IMG/VR virus record: IMGVR_UViG_3300036985_010229
Coordinates: 1 to 60,445 of that record
Source: a virus
Lineage: Duplodnaviria; Caudoviricetes
Length of the DNA stretch: 60,445 nt
Strand: one strand, 5' to 3'
This document shows positions 13,001 to 20,593 of this stretch, piece after piece (the first letter of the stretch is position 1; each line of letters opens with the position of its first letter). Below the pieces are notes generated by a model. That model did not search any database. It worked only from the letters and a program-made list of their open reading frames with translations, and had not been told where the DNA came from. A program made the position numbers and the translations under genes.

Positions 13001-14993
13001 AGGAGCCCGCCCCGAGGCTGCTGGCGAGCCAGAGGACTGACGTGCCCCCGAGCATGAAGCTGAGCGTCTCGGTCCCGTCGAGGACGAACGTGTCCTGGAG
13101 CCGCGAGAAGAGCCGAGCCCGCTCTGCGTAGCTGGACGGGACGAACTCGCCCTGCCTGAAATAGATCGGCTTCCCGGTGAGTTGCTTGCGAGGAACGCTC
13201 CCGAACAGCACGAGAGAGCCCGCCCCGACGCGCTTCTGCAAGGCGACGTAGGCCACGTCTCCAGGAACCCTGAACGGGTCAGTCGGTAGCTCGTCCTCGA
13301 ACGACACCGGAATGACGTTCGTGACGGCCCGACCCTCCGTGAAGAGGATCGTGTCACCAATGCCGGAGGAGAGCTTCCGGACGAGGCCCGAGTTGCCCGG
13401 ACGAGGGCTGACCGCACCCGCGACGGGGGGATTGCCGAGCCCGTCTGGCACTTGAAGAATCCCGGACAACCCGAGGGCTGGCAGCGTCTCTGCGTCAGGG
13501 ACGAAGACCTCTTGGGCGGGGTTGTAGCTCGTGACGGGCGTGCCACCCGAGTCCACGAGGAGCACCGGAGCCTTCACCGGCTGCGGGTAGAGATTGAGCG
13601 ACACCCCGTCGTACCGAACGACGGCACCCAAGTAGAGCTTGTCGAACCCAGGATTGGGCACGGCCCGAGTGCCTGGGTCCGCCTTGGAAACGTCAGTTGT
13701 CGAGAGCTTGAGGCGTCCTGTCGAGAGGGCAAAACCGCACTCCCCTTCGAGCACGGTTGCCGCCGCAAGGTCGGACTCCGTGTCAAAGGGAAGTGCAGTG
13801 AGTGGCTGCCGGTTCCCCAAGCGGACGATCGGGCGCTCGCCGGGGCCAGGCACGGGGGCGAGGAACAGTGCCCTTGTCTTCGCTTCGAGGAGCGAGCCCA
13901 CGACGCCCAGGGACTTCTCGGCGAAGGTCTGCGGGACGTACCAAACGTCGAGCCCCTCGTAGGTCTGAATGAAGGCCGGGTTCCAGACGATCTTCCCGGC
14001 CCCCGAGCCAACAACCCCCGCGAGAGAGGGCGAGACGCTCGTGAAGTTGTAGCTCGCGTTCGCCAGGTCGTCCGGAACGACCAGGACGCCCGAGTAGTCG
14101 CCGACCGTCCGGCTGACGACCGGGTAGCTGGCAGCGTCCGGGGCAGGTCCGAGGCGGACCATTGCGTAGGAGTCCCCCGCGTCCGAGCCCGGAAGAAGTG
14201 CGCCCACCTGAGTTGTCGGCCTAGGGTTGAGCGTGTAGCTCCGTCCGTCCGAGGAGAGCTTCCCGAGTGTGGCAGGAGCACCACCCCGGTAGGGCTCCCA
14301 CTTCTGGGCCGCACCGTTCCAGCCGAACCGGCGGGAGTACGGGTCGTTGCGGGTCCACCAGAAGCGGGCCGCCGACACCCAGTAGGAGATCGCCGTGACC
14401 CGGTCCCCACGCGCCTGGGAGAACGCCGGGTCCGTCGGGGAGACCGGCTGCGTCGCCAAGAGCGTGTTCGCCGTCGGCAGGAGCTTGATCGCCCCCGAGC
14501 CCGACACGAACGAGAAGTCTCCGCCCGCCAGCGTCAGCACGAAGGGCGTGGCCGGGCTGTCCCCTCGAACGACCGTGAGGGAGACGACCCCGGCGAGGTC
14601 ACGCCCGCCGTTGTCAGTGACGACGACCCGAGGCGAGCCGTCCGTAGATTGGCCTGTGGGCGAGCCTGCGTCGAAGACGGCGAGGCTGCCCTGTGGGATC
14701 GTCCCAGCACCGTCAGCCGTAGCCCAAGCTGGACCCTCAAGGGTGGTCAGCGTGCCGGTGTTCGCCGCCCAGACCAGGAACTCTTGCTCGCCCCCGAGCG
14801 GGGACTCCAGGACGGCGACTCGGTACTGGTCACCACGAGCCTCGACGAGAGCAGGTCCGCCCGCCGGGTACAGACCAGCGGTGGGCGCGACAACGTCACG
14901 GGCGACGCCGGAGTCAGCCGGTGCGCTCGTGTTCGCGTTCGAGGGCGAGGTCTTCGCTCCCCGCAGCGTGTATCCGTTGAAGAATTCAGCCAC
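4050..14993 (-). CDS. giant virion structural protein (3647 aa), probable baseplate/tail component
   Basis: Uninterrupted 10.9-kb ORF, beta-strand/Gly/Pro-rich. Recurring GD.L.I...G.Y.V modules and D...TGE(V/I)-type motifs are typical of large phage tail/baseplate proteins. Confidence 0.65.
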   Translation of the reverse strand: MAEFFNGYTLRGAKTSPSNANTSAPADSGVARDVVAPTAGLYPAGGPALVEARGDQYRVAVLESPLGGEQEFLVWAANTGTLTTLEGPAWATADGAGTIPQGSLAVFDAGSPTGQSTDGSPRVVVTDNGGRDLAGVVSLTVVRGDSPATPFVLTLAGGDFSFVSGSGAIKLLPTANTLLATQPVSPTDPAFSQARGDRVTAISYWVSAARFWWTRNDPYSRRFGWNGAAQKWEPYRGGAPATLGKLSSDGRSYTLNPRPTTQVGALLPGSDAGDSYAMVRLGPAPDAASYPVVSRTVGDYSGVLVVPDDLANASYNFTSVSPSLAGVVGSGAGKIVWNPAFIQTYEGLDVWYVPQTFAEKSLGVVGSLLEAKTRALFLAPVPGPGERPIVRLGNRQPLTALPFDTESDLAAATVLEGECGFALSTGRLKLSTTDVSKADPGTRAVPNPGFDKLYLGAVVRYDGVSLNLYPQPVKAPVLLVDSGGTPVTSYNPAQEVFVPDAETLPALGLSGILQVPDGLGNPPVAGAVSPRPGNSGLVRKLSSGIGDTILFTEGRAVTNVIPVSFEDELPTDPFRVPGDVAYVALQKRVGAGSLVLFGSVPRKQLTGKPIYFRQGEFVPSSYAERARLFSRLQDTFVLDGTETLSFMLGGTSVLWLASSLGAGSYTAPQVAASLNAAVVLASAPGSSYALSGRVVLAHTDPVTGFVSVGFGTGGVLDLSGCRALGFMPGWLASPPGDQSATDHNWLPDYGGEFGFYRSPRDLDGSQGLPDYRDKYRLTDRTLTEGISPTSFQFLDYPPREDVAGYDEGVFFALSAAGAPGVAPVVNSPLMPWADVQYLFEEKKFAWLTSGGSTGQVLAPVAGLNLEAAGLVPDSLIAPLNGFLRLSEGGPFVYLEPGVDFLFPKGGATGEAILISRVGALNLSGSRGHFTAGTDVLTDLNASFATVTAGDRLKVISGNAQGSYSVVAIPSATSVQVSPSFLVGDGGQNVSYEVYKGASPGTIDPTTVADVVYRGFNHLASEPFEIRVLASLGTAGSTLSPADSAKDIERGRPIFARIGQTGTDLPLGVLTQAVLGATANGVLFVPTTGARFTSGSFNLRVGTQEFVQGVGLLPVAVFSTNPANVEYLTSTGEVKFSTAILDEYQSATVTYVETLLPAVDLLSGQAEIDPNTGVIALSSVDLAAGAGKPVYFVEQLSTEGTDDVTANPILGAFTFLANPIRAGQLVEATYYRAVPNTGTLYLDSNGNPVQVKEFLPLYIRAEVMTRISSQLYSFNPTGRTVDQLVDPVVYTGSKQQTYGVPRGCSVDFSRNTVSFSAEVLSTTKVTISYAVFEAFGGETAYTVSAAPVWRPPFRLDKGQTQFLLDTDRTSDLLVGKALRVGAFTTYVKSAAYDAASDTTLVTVFPSTPQGAGSLDPGTNALSLLTDRPVAITVDPFGTAPVTVVGSDAGFLPTLAQAFNLAVTPRFEPVPKGQVEVKFEGDLTKYAVAGHLLEVFGKPFAIVKANFSTDGRATTVTVGTPFQESFSWSATMPNTAVRISARPVYPEGAAQFLGTSGFLPTEPFEVVLFGEVDSTGNALPGRTLTSGQDFNFTAGNGNLAFIGPRQPGLAANHRLVFARTDTQQIGPFVDKGQVQYPRLSSSFLYVDPPSARNGRLGGVLQGTYTFESPDAYYVRAVPFQTYVGEVSLELQKQATIQEPSNGPTISTGASKSNADYGRVGLVSESQNLVDRDRVARAFLGFYNAVVSSFEQIEETLDGSLVGERDGKLRLYVGKNDPWVPPGYEDAITGALNPRVLWFDVWLSARQGLPTIRLVATDPITNPLDTTTDSNGRPVGSYQDPSGFSALTGYQGVLVKNDVDDVVLLTRTRVQRKLAGFLYFRVTASGLYAPLSEANPFSRLFPERTTGFTTLGPGLDGNESTGNPGVYSAGKFGLDPLGFLFGSSFSMRSTTGSTIGALENPVLGQIQNVLGVQARDRLPRARVWAYSATGFPEVDPLSAGRPCFIATPLPLVDFPILSDTGLPDTSKLASQSVGPIPTGFNDLLTGDPELHTPPFNAGAQLALGYPEGNASELGYLGTLIPVPTLPPSSRYAGVFVEQVLKGCVVTLKSKDLVGADVPILNAALLISLTGASSGVPISPVRGDTLFVVPVSGASLPATSDPPTVAELQTFTTALPGYRTGTDFNFTPRTGEITDATLPSFSDPTLFGLKEITGQRPPAPLSTLEAQVSFQNGSRLPTKFPALEGGKTLDSGDYSLPYYGAPLSELEVLSDTAALITDLVRVDSPSPPPANPPQVHLYTTEAVYPDETLGADGTVSTSPALLATLSLFEDLSRKTTSGAYPPPPGHAGVGNVEPYDLLLIQAPTTGTPGLAGFPLGATGIHSIAAISNGSPNQVDLPRFVSAVKEGTLLDYFLNHAISWVGYPAYATGLVVQENTTLAPIETTFDVSSVGSANIVLDDGVGGGLLPVPVGGLNDVFALNGKGSRFTLGLIDKATGQFAVGSTVIVEKLGGGANILLCPFEVSGDGGATFVPIVPGGFYFLPDKVVIKTAAPNVFFDFAPYNPVVGPPGVTTTGGFHDFSISVLCLMSQTGSIDVDRVTFKDRIDFRTALPRGFIHPSSPTGSPMECGLATYRFSSETYNTVISSFVMRDNQVNNVATVNAGLPFTFPARSWLTPSVNGVGTWAANSGSLRVLGFEGRGNLPIEATGVTFTAIPSSRQDEAGPIYNGLMVVGELLGAGAPYRFTVENNFTTPNDFAGSLSLVQPGDIAVVKGFVDPTTTPATPFGSGKVGTYLVRAAVTETPGFLPGHQLDLSTTLGSVGDWLDFTFPTVVSFNSLGPDLTVTSLVPLTLLQDLNAAPVAVPFAFPPSGRVYVVLDATAVGLASSAVSAAYTSLDTVGSRFLGLSAFQDGVGGVLTLAQFQAAAVAGLAVSGMTVVPVVAHDAEVPSNLPGLTFWPTPPAGTEYFFGFRKVTATRVGPPVVYDASAFNLVGVPPAPGQVAVYSKVKVPSTTFLQLDQPVYDDIPGALDLTNFNWPGVHGAGPACLLPGDVWDLEYHARHGIFVEPSFPVSGNDLGLPRVNVVDATHSLTAAEVGSRDATSYLGAGPAGGSYLEFAQVEVRRIRRFHPLLNDLVTAFLRLRFVYEIRRGLVQTFSSTGSAGALVAEPVNTLLYPTPLAGGTATQLGDFTDPNIGIKSGDQVRFLDALGAVVAEAEILTVETDGKTLTISKNALTGVTPGTRFEVYLRTAPIPHEQSCEELLDLTVDRLLLDRRADLVGQTGGKVTYLPDADPQVAYDQSINKLSDTDPSVNFAALGILPGDVLVIDPAGALRGPTGFPVTPEKGTRPFGDDGVLPRGAPVYVPGSPSRTDDNRGYYKVLSATATSLEVVPLGGTLAADRNSPDVVFDSSYAEYPTVHGSNLSGAGNGLEGQMDLRPTAFCDGTNSFKGDWLSVAPFSYKVIRPTGFLTEETVELILSTRERMLSWIEELQGLFEANKSGTYFVFQRDQHIADLGDPSDPSDGLGVLFDAYLTSLEGRIFVSPFANTSDCLSILDRRFWGLDFRLDYLTPPFAPLDPPYSDFANGVGRPVLPDRIEEALQQRDKLRDSRWAWLTLRTDRVTGTIEAIRRFGRELPRRHAEQERLLAMVKGTQTP

Positions 14994-14999
14994 TTTGGA

Positions 15000-15599
15000 T
15001 CAGACGACGAAGGAGGTTGAGGTTCCGGTGCTCGACCCAGGACCGAGCGGCCCCGCAGGAGCTACGATACCGGAACCGAGCGTCACCCCTGTCTGAATGA
15101 TAGCCGCGACACCGGCTGCGATCGACGTGTAGAACGCGGGCAGGCTCGCGCCGGACCCCCCCAGAGCACCCGTGGTTCCGAGGTGGGCTAGCTGAAGGGC
15201 CGAGACCAGGGACGGGGTACTCACGCTCGCGACGAATGAGAGGTCAGTTCCGGACGCGACCCCTACGGAGACACCCTGGTAGAGCATTGCCCCGCTCAGT
15301 GAGGAGAGCAGGCCCGTGCCGATCGCAGTCCCAACCTGCGGGGTGGTTGCACCGATCAGCCCGCCCGCCGTCATTTGGGCCACGACCAGGCTTGGCGATC
15401 CCGTGAATGTCAGCGTCCCCGTCACCGTTCCGGAGCCAATGACCCCGGTGGTGACGCCTTGGATCAGAATGCTCCCAGGCAGGACAGCCCAAGAGGCGAC
15501 GGCGTTTCCGATCGCGTCGCACAAGAGCGCCCAGGTCTGCCCCCCCGAGAACGAGGCAGCCCCTCGAATGGCCTGGGAGATTGCAGCGGCTGGGACCAT
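15000..15599 (-). CDS. Gly/Ala-rich putative virion protein
   Basis: 199 aa directly upstream of the giant gene; the AIGNAV...GVTTGVIGSGTVTGTL pattern is seen in small baseplate-associated proteins. Confidence 0.5.
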   Translation of the reverse strand: MVPAAAISQAIRGAASFSGGQTWALLCDAIGNAVASWAVLPGSILIQGVTTGVIGSGTVTGTLTFTGSPSLVVAQMTAGGLIGATTPQVGTAIGTGLLSSLSGAMLYQGVSVGVASGTDLSFVASVSTPSLVSALQLAHLGTTGALGGSGASLPAFYTSIAAGVAAIIQTGVTLGSGIVAPAGPLGPGSSTGTSTSFVV

Positions 15600-15600
15600 G

Positions 15601-15951
15601 TCAGAACAGCAGCAGCTTGTCGTTCATTCCACCCAGGAAGATCACCGCTGTGTTGTTGACCGGGTCGAAGGACGCTTCGATCCAGACCTCACCAGCGCCC
15701 TGCTGTGACACTGTGATCCCCATGGTGTCGAGGGACTCTCGAAGCCGCCGGGCCTCAGCGACGAGATTGGACGGGTCGTCCACACGCATGACGACGTGCG
15801 GGAAGTCGAGCACGCCGTCGGTGTCACCCTCAGCGAGCTTCGTCACCCCGTCACCTGAATCGCAGGTCTGGAATCCCCAATGACGCAGCAGGGCGACCGT
15901 CTGGGCGATTCCTGGGTCCAGGTTCTGCATGGTAGCCATGCTGTCCGTCAC
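15601..15951 (-). CDS. hypothetical phage protein
   Basis: 116-aa ORF with an LDPGI...V.LL...GF.TC.SGDG motif; tight packing. Confidence 0.65.
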   Translation of the reverse strand: MTDSMATMQNLDPGIAQTVALLRHWGFQTCDSGDGVTKLAEGDTDGVLDFPHVVMRVDDPSNLVAEARRLRESLDTMGITVSQQGAGEVWIEASFDPVNNTAVIFLGGMNDKLLLF

Positions 15952-15970
15952 TTAGAGGAGGGAAAGCGGG

Positions 15971-16201
15971 TCAGCCCTCGTCGTCGTCCGGCTCGTCCTC
16001 TCCGTCGTCGTCGAGGTCCTCGTCGAGATCGTCCACGTCGTCCACGGTGGTCTCCTCGACCGTCTCCTCCTTGGAGATCTCGATCAAGATCCGGGCATAC
16101 GCCTGGACCCACTTCTTGACGCTGCGGGAACCCTCAGGAAGCCGCTCGACCGCGTCGGGGCTGCGCGTCTCGATCCACTCCTCAATCTCTTCTCTCGTCA
16201 T
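15971..16201 (-). CDS. small protein with highly acidic C-terminal tail
   Basis: 76 aa; about the last 30 residues are mostly D/E. Confidence 0.65.
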   Translation of the reverse strand: MTREEIEEWIETRSPDAVERLPEGSRSVKKWVQAYARILIEISKEETVEETTVDDVDDLDEDLDDDGEDEPDDDEG

Positions 16202-16233
16202 GGCTTCGGTCCTGTGGTTTCTGGGTCAGAGGC

Positions 16234-18471
16234 TCAATCGTCGAATCCAAATAGGCTGTTCATGCTCACCGGAGCTTCTTCAGGCAGGTCAGCCTGAACA
16301 GGAGCAGCCCAGGGGTTCCTTACGCCGCCACGGGACTTGAGTTCGTGGTGCGTGATCCTAGACCGAGTGATCTCGACGTAGCTGGGGTCAAGCTCGATCC
16401 CGACGTAGCGCATACCCTCCAGGACCGCCGCACACCCAGTGCTGCCGCTGCCGTTGAACGGGTCCAGCACAACCCCACCAGGTTGCGTGACTAGGCGGAC
16501 CAGCCACCGCATGAGTTCGATCGGCTTGACCGTCGGGTGGTTGTTCTCAGGCAGTCCTTCGAGTCCCTCGTGACGCTCAGAACGACTCGTCTTCGGGACG
16601 TACCTGAAGGGCGCGTCCTCCGCCGTGTACTGGAACTGAGGGAAGAACCGTGAGGCTCCGCCTGAGTCTCCAGGCCCAAAGTCGTTGGTTACAGGACCAT
16701 GCCCATACATTCCCCCGCCGCCCTTCGAGTCCCCTATATTCCCACGCGCCCGCAGATCATCACCACCCTGCTCGTCGAGCGCCTTCACCGGGCACCCGTC
16801 GGCGCACTCCCAGTCGGTCACTGTCTCGGTGCCGTCTTCGTCCCCAATGCGAGCAGGAACGGCCTCTGCACGATCCCCCGTGCCGTCACGGTAGTGCGAC
16901 CAGAGCTTGCCTGAGCCCTCAGAGTTGGCCTTCACCTTCTTGGTGCCTACCTGCTTGCAATCGGGCGTGTGGCAGAGCACGAGGTTGGAGGGCCACCTCC
17001 CCATGGGTTGCTCGAAGCCACCCGCCCCGCCGTGCTTGTAGCGCCAGTTCTCTGCGCCGTCGTGCCGACCCTTGCGCTTCTCGGACGGGTGGTCGTGGTA
17101 GGGCATAGCCGCTGCGTCTGGGCAGTTCGGGTCAATGCACTGGTACGAGTCTTCGTCCTCACCTTTCGACTTGTACGCTCCGCCGTTCAGGTTCTCCGAC
17201 GTTTCGACGCGGCACCCGTCGATGTTGATCGCCCCGGTGCCGTGTTGCTGGACAGTCTGGGCGACGGTGCCTGACAGAGGCTTCCTGTACATGAGCACCG
17301 GCTCATGAGCGGGCTTGAGCGCGGTGCCCCAACCCTCCCAGGCTTGCGCTTCTTCGGTGCGGGCCTCGTAGGGCGGGACGGCGTTGCTGGTGAGCTTCTC
17401 GTCGGCGTACTTGCCGCCTGGCAGGTGCGTCGAAGCTGTCGGGATTGCCCTGCCCCGGTCAGGTAGCCCCTCGCCCTTGTCGATCGAGAGGGCGACGTTC
17501 TTCGACTTGGGGAAGCCGCTTCCGAAGTGCCAGCCGAGCACGCCCTCGACGCGGATCTCGTCACGGCAGTCGAACCCGGCGAGCCGGATCGCAACGCCCA
17601 TGAGGTCCTGCGTGCGGGTCCCCGCGAATGCGAGGAGGTGGCCTCCAGGCTTGAGCACACGGAAGCACTCACGCCAGATCTCTGGCCCCGGCACGAACGA
17701 GTCCCAGCCCTTCCCCATGAAGCCTGTCCCCTTGGGCAGGTACGGCTTGCCGTCGAGCCACGCCCGGAGGGCACCGAGTACGTCCTCTGCGCTGTGGTTC
17801 GAGAGCCCGTAGGGCGGGTCACAGACTACTGAGTCCACGCTCGCGTCAGGCAGCGTCTTGAGCACTTCGAGGCTGTCCCCGTTGTGCAGTACCCAGCGGG
17901 TCGTCTCGTCAGGGAGTGGGGTCACGTCGGCGCTCTCGGTGCTGGTTGCGTCATGGGGTTTCTGGAAGAGCAGGATTGGCTCATGAGAGGGCTTGAGTAG
18001 GGTGCCCCAACCGCTCCACCGTTTTGCAGCGTCGGTGGCAGGGGCAGTGACAGCGAATTCCAAGTCCTTGTGTCTCCCAATGAAGTCGGGATCGTGCTCG
18101 CCTGCGGCGACTGTTCCTCCGAGCGACGAGAGCTTGGTCCCGATCACCTCTCGCTCGGCCTCGATCCGCTCGACAAGCGAATCGACCCACGGGGGGACCT
18201 CTCTGCACAATGGACGGACCACCCTCCACATTGCTGCCGTCGGGATCGCAGGTTGCCCGTCGTTGAAGTAGTGAACGGCGAAGTTGCTGTTGGGTGAGAT
18301 CAGCCCTTGCGACCGGAGCACACCGTCGATCTGCTTCGCCTTCAACCCGGTTGTTCGCATCCACGCTGTGAACTTGTGCAGCCTGCCGCCTTCCCCGTTC
18401 ACCCTGTCGAGAGCCTTGCTCACGTCGAGTGACTTGGGGAACCCCGTAGAGTAGAGCCAGGACAGGGTCAC
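16234..18471 (-). CDS. site-specific amino-DNA methyltransferase (N6A/N4C, beta class) with an extra partial MTase segment at the N-terminus
   Basis: GDSLEVLKTLPDASVDSVVCDPPY, HPTVKPIELMRWL, VLDPFNGSGSTG. The start is uncertain: GTG at 18471 was chosen to avoid overlapping the GIY-YIG gene, but the frame is open to 18603. Confidence 0.9.
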   Translation of the reverse strand: MTLSWLYSTGFPKSLDVSKALDRVNGEGGRLHKFTAWMRTTGLKAKQIDGVLRSQGLISPNSNFAVHYFNDGQPAIPTAAMWRVVRPLCREVPPWVDSLVERIEAEREVIGTKLSSLGGTVAAGEHDPDFIGRHKDLEFAVTAPATDAAKRWSGWGTLLKPSHEPILLFQKPHDATSTESADVTPLPDETTRWVLHNGDSLEVLKTLPDASVDSVVCDPPYGLSNHSAEDVLGALRAWLDGKPYLPKGTGFMGKGWDSFVPGPEIWRECFRVLKPGGHLLAFAGTRTQDLMGVAIRLAGFDCRDEIRVEGVLGWHFGSGFPKSKNVALSIDKGEGLPDRGRAIPTASTHLPGGKYADEKLTSNAVPPYEARTEEAQAWEGWGTALKPAHEPVLMYRKPLSGTVAQTVQQHGTGAINIDGCRVETSENLNGGAYKSKGEDEDSYQCIDPNCPDAAAMPYHDHPSEKRKGRHDGAENWRYKHGGAGGFEQPMGRWPSNLVLCHTPDCKQVGTKKVKANSEGSGKLWSHYRDGTGDRAEAVPARIGDEDGTETVTDWECADGCPVKALDEQGGDDLRARGNIGDSKGGGGMYGHGPVTNDFGPGDSGGASRFFPQFQYTAEDAPFRYVPKTSRSERHEGLEGLPENNHPTVKPIELMRWLVRLVTQPGGVVLDPFNGSGSTGCAAVLEGMRYVGIELDPSYVEITRSRITHHELKSRGGVRNPWAAPVQADLPEEAPVSMNSLFGFDD

Positions 18472-18492
18472 ACTTCGACCTGAGACTTCAGC

Positions 18493-18762
18493 ATGGTTGA
18501 GAATCCCTGGTGCGTGTACGTTCTTCGAGGCACCCGAGCCAGCGGGAAGCCAGTCTACTACGTTGGCTGCACGAACGACCTCGAACGGCGCGTTCGGCAG
18601 CACAACGGGGAGATCTCAGGCGGGGCCAGGTTCACGAGAGCACACCGCCCGTGGACGCTGTGCGTCAGCTTTGGACCGTACACAGGACGAGGCGAGGCCC
18701 AGCGAGTCGAGCGTTCCGTGAAGAAACTCTCAGGCGAGGCTCGGACCCGCTACCGCTCGTAG
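18493..18762 (+). CDS. GIY-YIG nuclease (small SLX1/YhbQ-like)
   Basis: VYVL...YYVGCTNDLERRVRQHNG...GARFTR..RPW...EA.R.E..VKKL. Confidence 0.85.
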   Translation: MVENPWCVYVLRGTRASGKPVYYVGCTNDLERRVRQHNGEISGGARFTRAHRPWTLCVSFGPYTGRGEAQRVERSVKKLSGEARTRYRS

Positions 18763-18932
18763 CCACAGTGCGGGCAGCGACGAGCGTTGTTTGCGATCCC
18801 GTTCCCGCAGCTAGGGCAGGGCACCTGTGCAGCATTGAGGGCGTTCAATGCCGCAGCACCGCACGCGAAGACGACGAATCCGAAACCAGCACAGCAGCAC
18901 AGACCGAACAGCCACGACATGGAGTCCCCCAT
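18750..18932 (-). CDS. small membrane protein with C-terminal zinc ribbon
   Basis: Hydrophobic N-terminus, then CPSCG...CPHCG; TGATG coupling to the upstream lipoprotein gene. Confidence 0.6.
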   Translation of the reverse strand: MGDSMSWLFGLCCCAGFGFVVFACGAAALNALNAAQVPCPSCGNGIANNARRCPHCGYER

Positions 18933-20191
18933 CAGAACTCCACGGCAGTACCCGTGCAGGTACCGGACGTGCAAGTGACGCGAACGAGCCGGTGGTCGGC
19001 AGCCCGAATCGAGTACTGAGTGGACCGTGCAGCCTGAAGGACAAGCACGTCCTTGCCGACTGGGTCGCAGGCGTCGCCGCACCGGACATAGGCCGCGTAA
19101 TCGACGGTGATCCCGAGGTAGTACTCGGAGTCGTTGACGAGCACAGAGGCACTACGCTCGTACTCCTCGTTCTCGATCTCCTCTGCCGTGGGCCGCCGAG
19201 TGTCCACCTGTCGGAAGGCACGGGTGGGCCGGACGCCGAGCAGGAGGGTCCAGTTGGAGTTCCCAGAGGCGATCTCCTCTGCCCGCGCCTTCAGCACGTC
19301 GTCCGTGTACTGAGCCCGGAGGTTCCACAGAGGGACGTTGACCTCGAAGGTGGGGTCGTCGCACATTCTTTCGGAGGGGCACGCCGTACACTGGCCAAAC
19401 ACGCACCGCGACCGCTCGCACCCCTCAATGCAGCCGCTGAAGAGGCCCGGCTGGCAGTCTTCGCTCGTGTCGCATTCCCCGCAAGAGCCTCCAGGGACTG
19501 TCTCACACTCCTGCTCCTTGGTGACCCTTGGCGGGGAGGAGCCCACGAAGACAGAGGCGTTTCCTACCTCGCAAGAGATCGACAGCCGGGAGACTGCTCC
19601 GGTGAACGTCGGCGTGCAGGTCTCGCCAATGCCCCACGAGTGGTAGCGGGTAGCCTTCAGACGATTGGTGATCGTCGCCCGCTCAGACGCGCTGAGTTCG
19701 GAGGTCTCCTCCTGCACTGCGACCGGACCGAGGAAGAGGGAGAACGGGTTGTCGTCGGAGTAGTAGGAGAAGCTGCTGGGCCAGTTGTCCGTGGCCGCAA
19801 TGATCCCAGCCTCTGACGCGGGGATACAGAGGTTGTCCGTGTTCGCCACCGCAACCAGCCCTGCCGGGACGGCGTGGTAGTCGCAGAGGATCGGGTACGA
19901 GACCCGACCGTCGGTGAGCGTCACCCCAGGAGTCGGGGCTGGGACCGACTCTGCCGGGGAGGGGGCAGCCTGTGCGCCCACCTCTGTCTTGGCTTCCAGA
20001 GCGGCTGCGTACCTCGCTGCCGCAGCCTCTGCCTCGCTCTGAGCCTGGGCGGCAGCCTGGGCGGCACGGGCTTGGGCGGCACGAGCCTCGTCTGCCTCCC
20101 CTGAACAACCGAACAGAACCAGAACCAGACACGTCAAAGCACGGAGATTGGGAATCATGGGCACTGTTCCTTTGGGGGCTGCCTTCACCAC
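18932..20191 (-). CDS. Cys-rich lipoprotein
   Basis: Lipobox-like LVLVLFGC, an Ala-rich linker and a Cys-rich segment (CGECDTSEDC...C...C...C..C); may start at Met 20158. Confidence 0.65.
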   Translation of the reverse strand: MVKAAPKGTVPMIPNLRALTCLVLVLFGCSGEADEARAAQARAAQAAAQAQSEAEAAAARYAAALEAKTEVGAQAAPSPAESVPAPTPGVTLTDGRVSYPILCDYHAVPAGLVAVANTDNLCIPASEAGIIAATDNWPSSFSYYSDDNPFSLFLGPVAVQEETSELSASERATITNRLKATRYHSWGIGETCTPTFTGAVSRLSISCEVGNASVFVGSSPPRVTKEQECETVPGGSCGECDTSEDCQPGLFSGCIEGCERSRCVFGQCTACPSERMCDDPTFEVNVPLWNLRAQYTDDVLKARAEEIASGNSNWTLLLGVRPTRAFRQVDTRRPTAEEIENEEYERSASVLVNDSEYYLGITVDYAAYVRCGDACDPVGKDVLVLQAARSTQYSIRAADHRLVRVTCTSGTCTGTAVEF

Positions 20192-20574
20192 TCGAAGTAC
20201 GTCAGTTCCGCGAAGCTGAGCTTGAACGTCTCGCCTTGCGGGAGGTTCTCGATCACGAGGCGGAGCTTCTCGACTTCCTTGCGCTCCTTCTGCACCTCCG
20301 AGACCTCGCCCCGGACCTTCGCCGCGAGGCCGACGTTCAGATTGAGGTCGCCTGCGCCGTTGCTGGTGCCGTCGGAGATCGCCTGGAGCGACATGAGCAC
20401 GTCGCCTGCGTCCTTGAGGCCCATTTCCTTCGCCGCGTCTCGGATACGCCCCTCGCGCTCCTTGATCTTCGCCGCCACGCGATCACGAAGGGCGACTGCC
20501 CGCTCGACGATCTCCTTCCCCGTCTTCGGGAAGTTCAGGCTCTCGAAGTCCCCGTAGTACCCTGGTCGTGCCAT
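20185..20574 (-). CDS. coiled-coil hypothetical protein
   Basis: 129-aa ORF with an SD-like GGAG upstream. Confidence 0.7.
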   Translation of the reverse strand: MARPGYYGDFESLNFPKTGKEIVERAVALRDRVAAKIKEREGRIRDAAKEMGLKDAGDVLMSLQAISDGTSNGAGDLNLNVGLAAKVRGEVSEVQKERKEVEKLRLVIENLPQGETFKLSFAELTYFEW

Positions 20575-20593
20575 GCCAATCTCCCTCTCGCCC

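Noticed and set aside
4050-15599. Long plus-strand ORFs (e.g. 13452-15020, 7161-8306, 5751-6809)
   Set aside because: These are antisense shadows of GC-rich minus-strand genes, with Arg-rich translations lacking recognisable motifs.
18472-18603. MTase N-terminal extension to 18603
   Set aside because: It overlaps the clearly real GIY-YIG gene on the opposite strand; it is probably just an open antisense frame.
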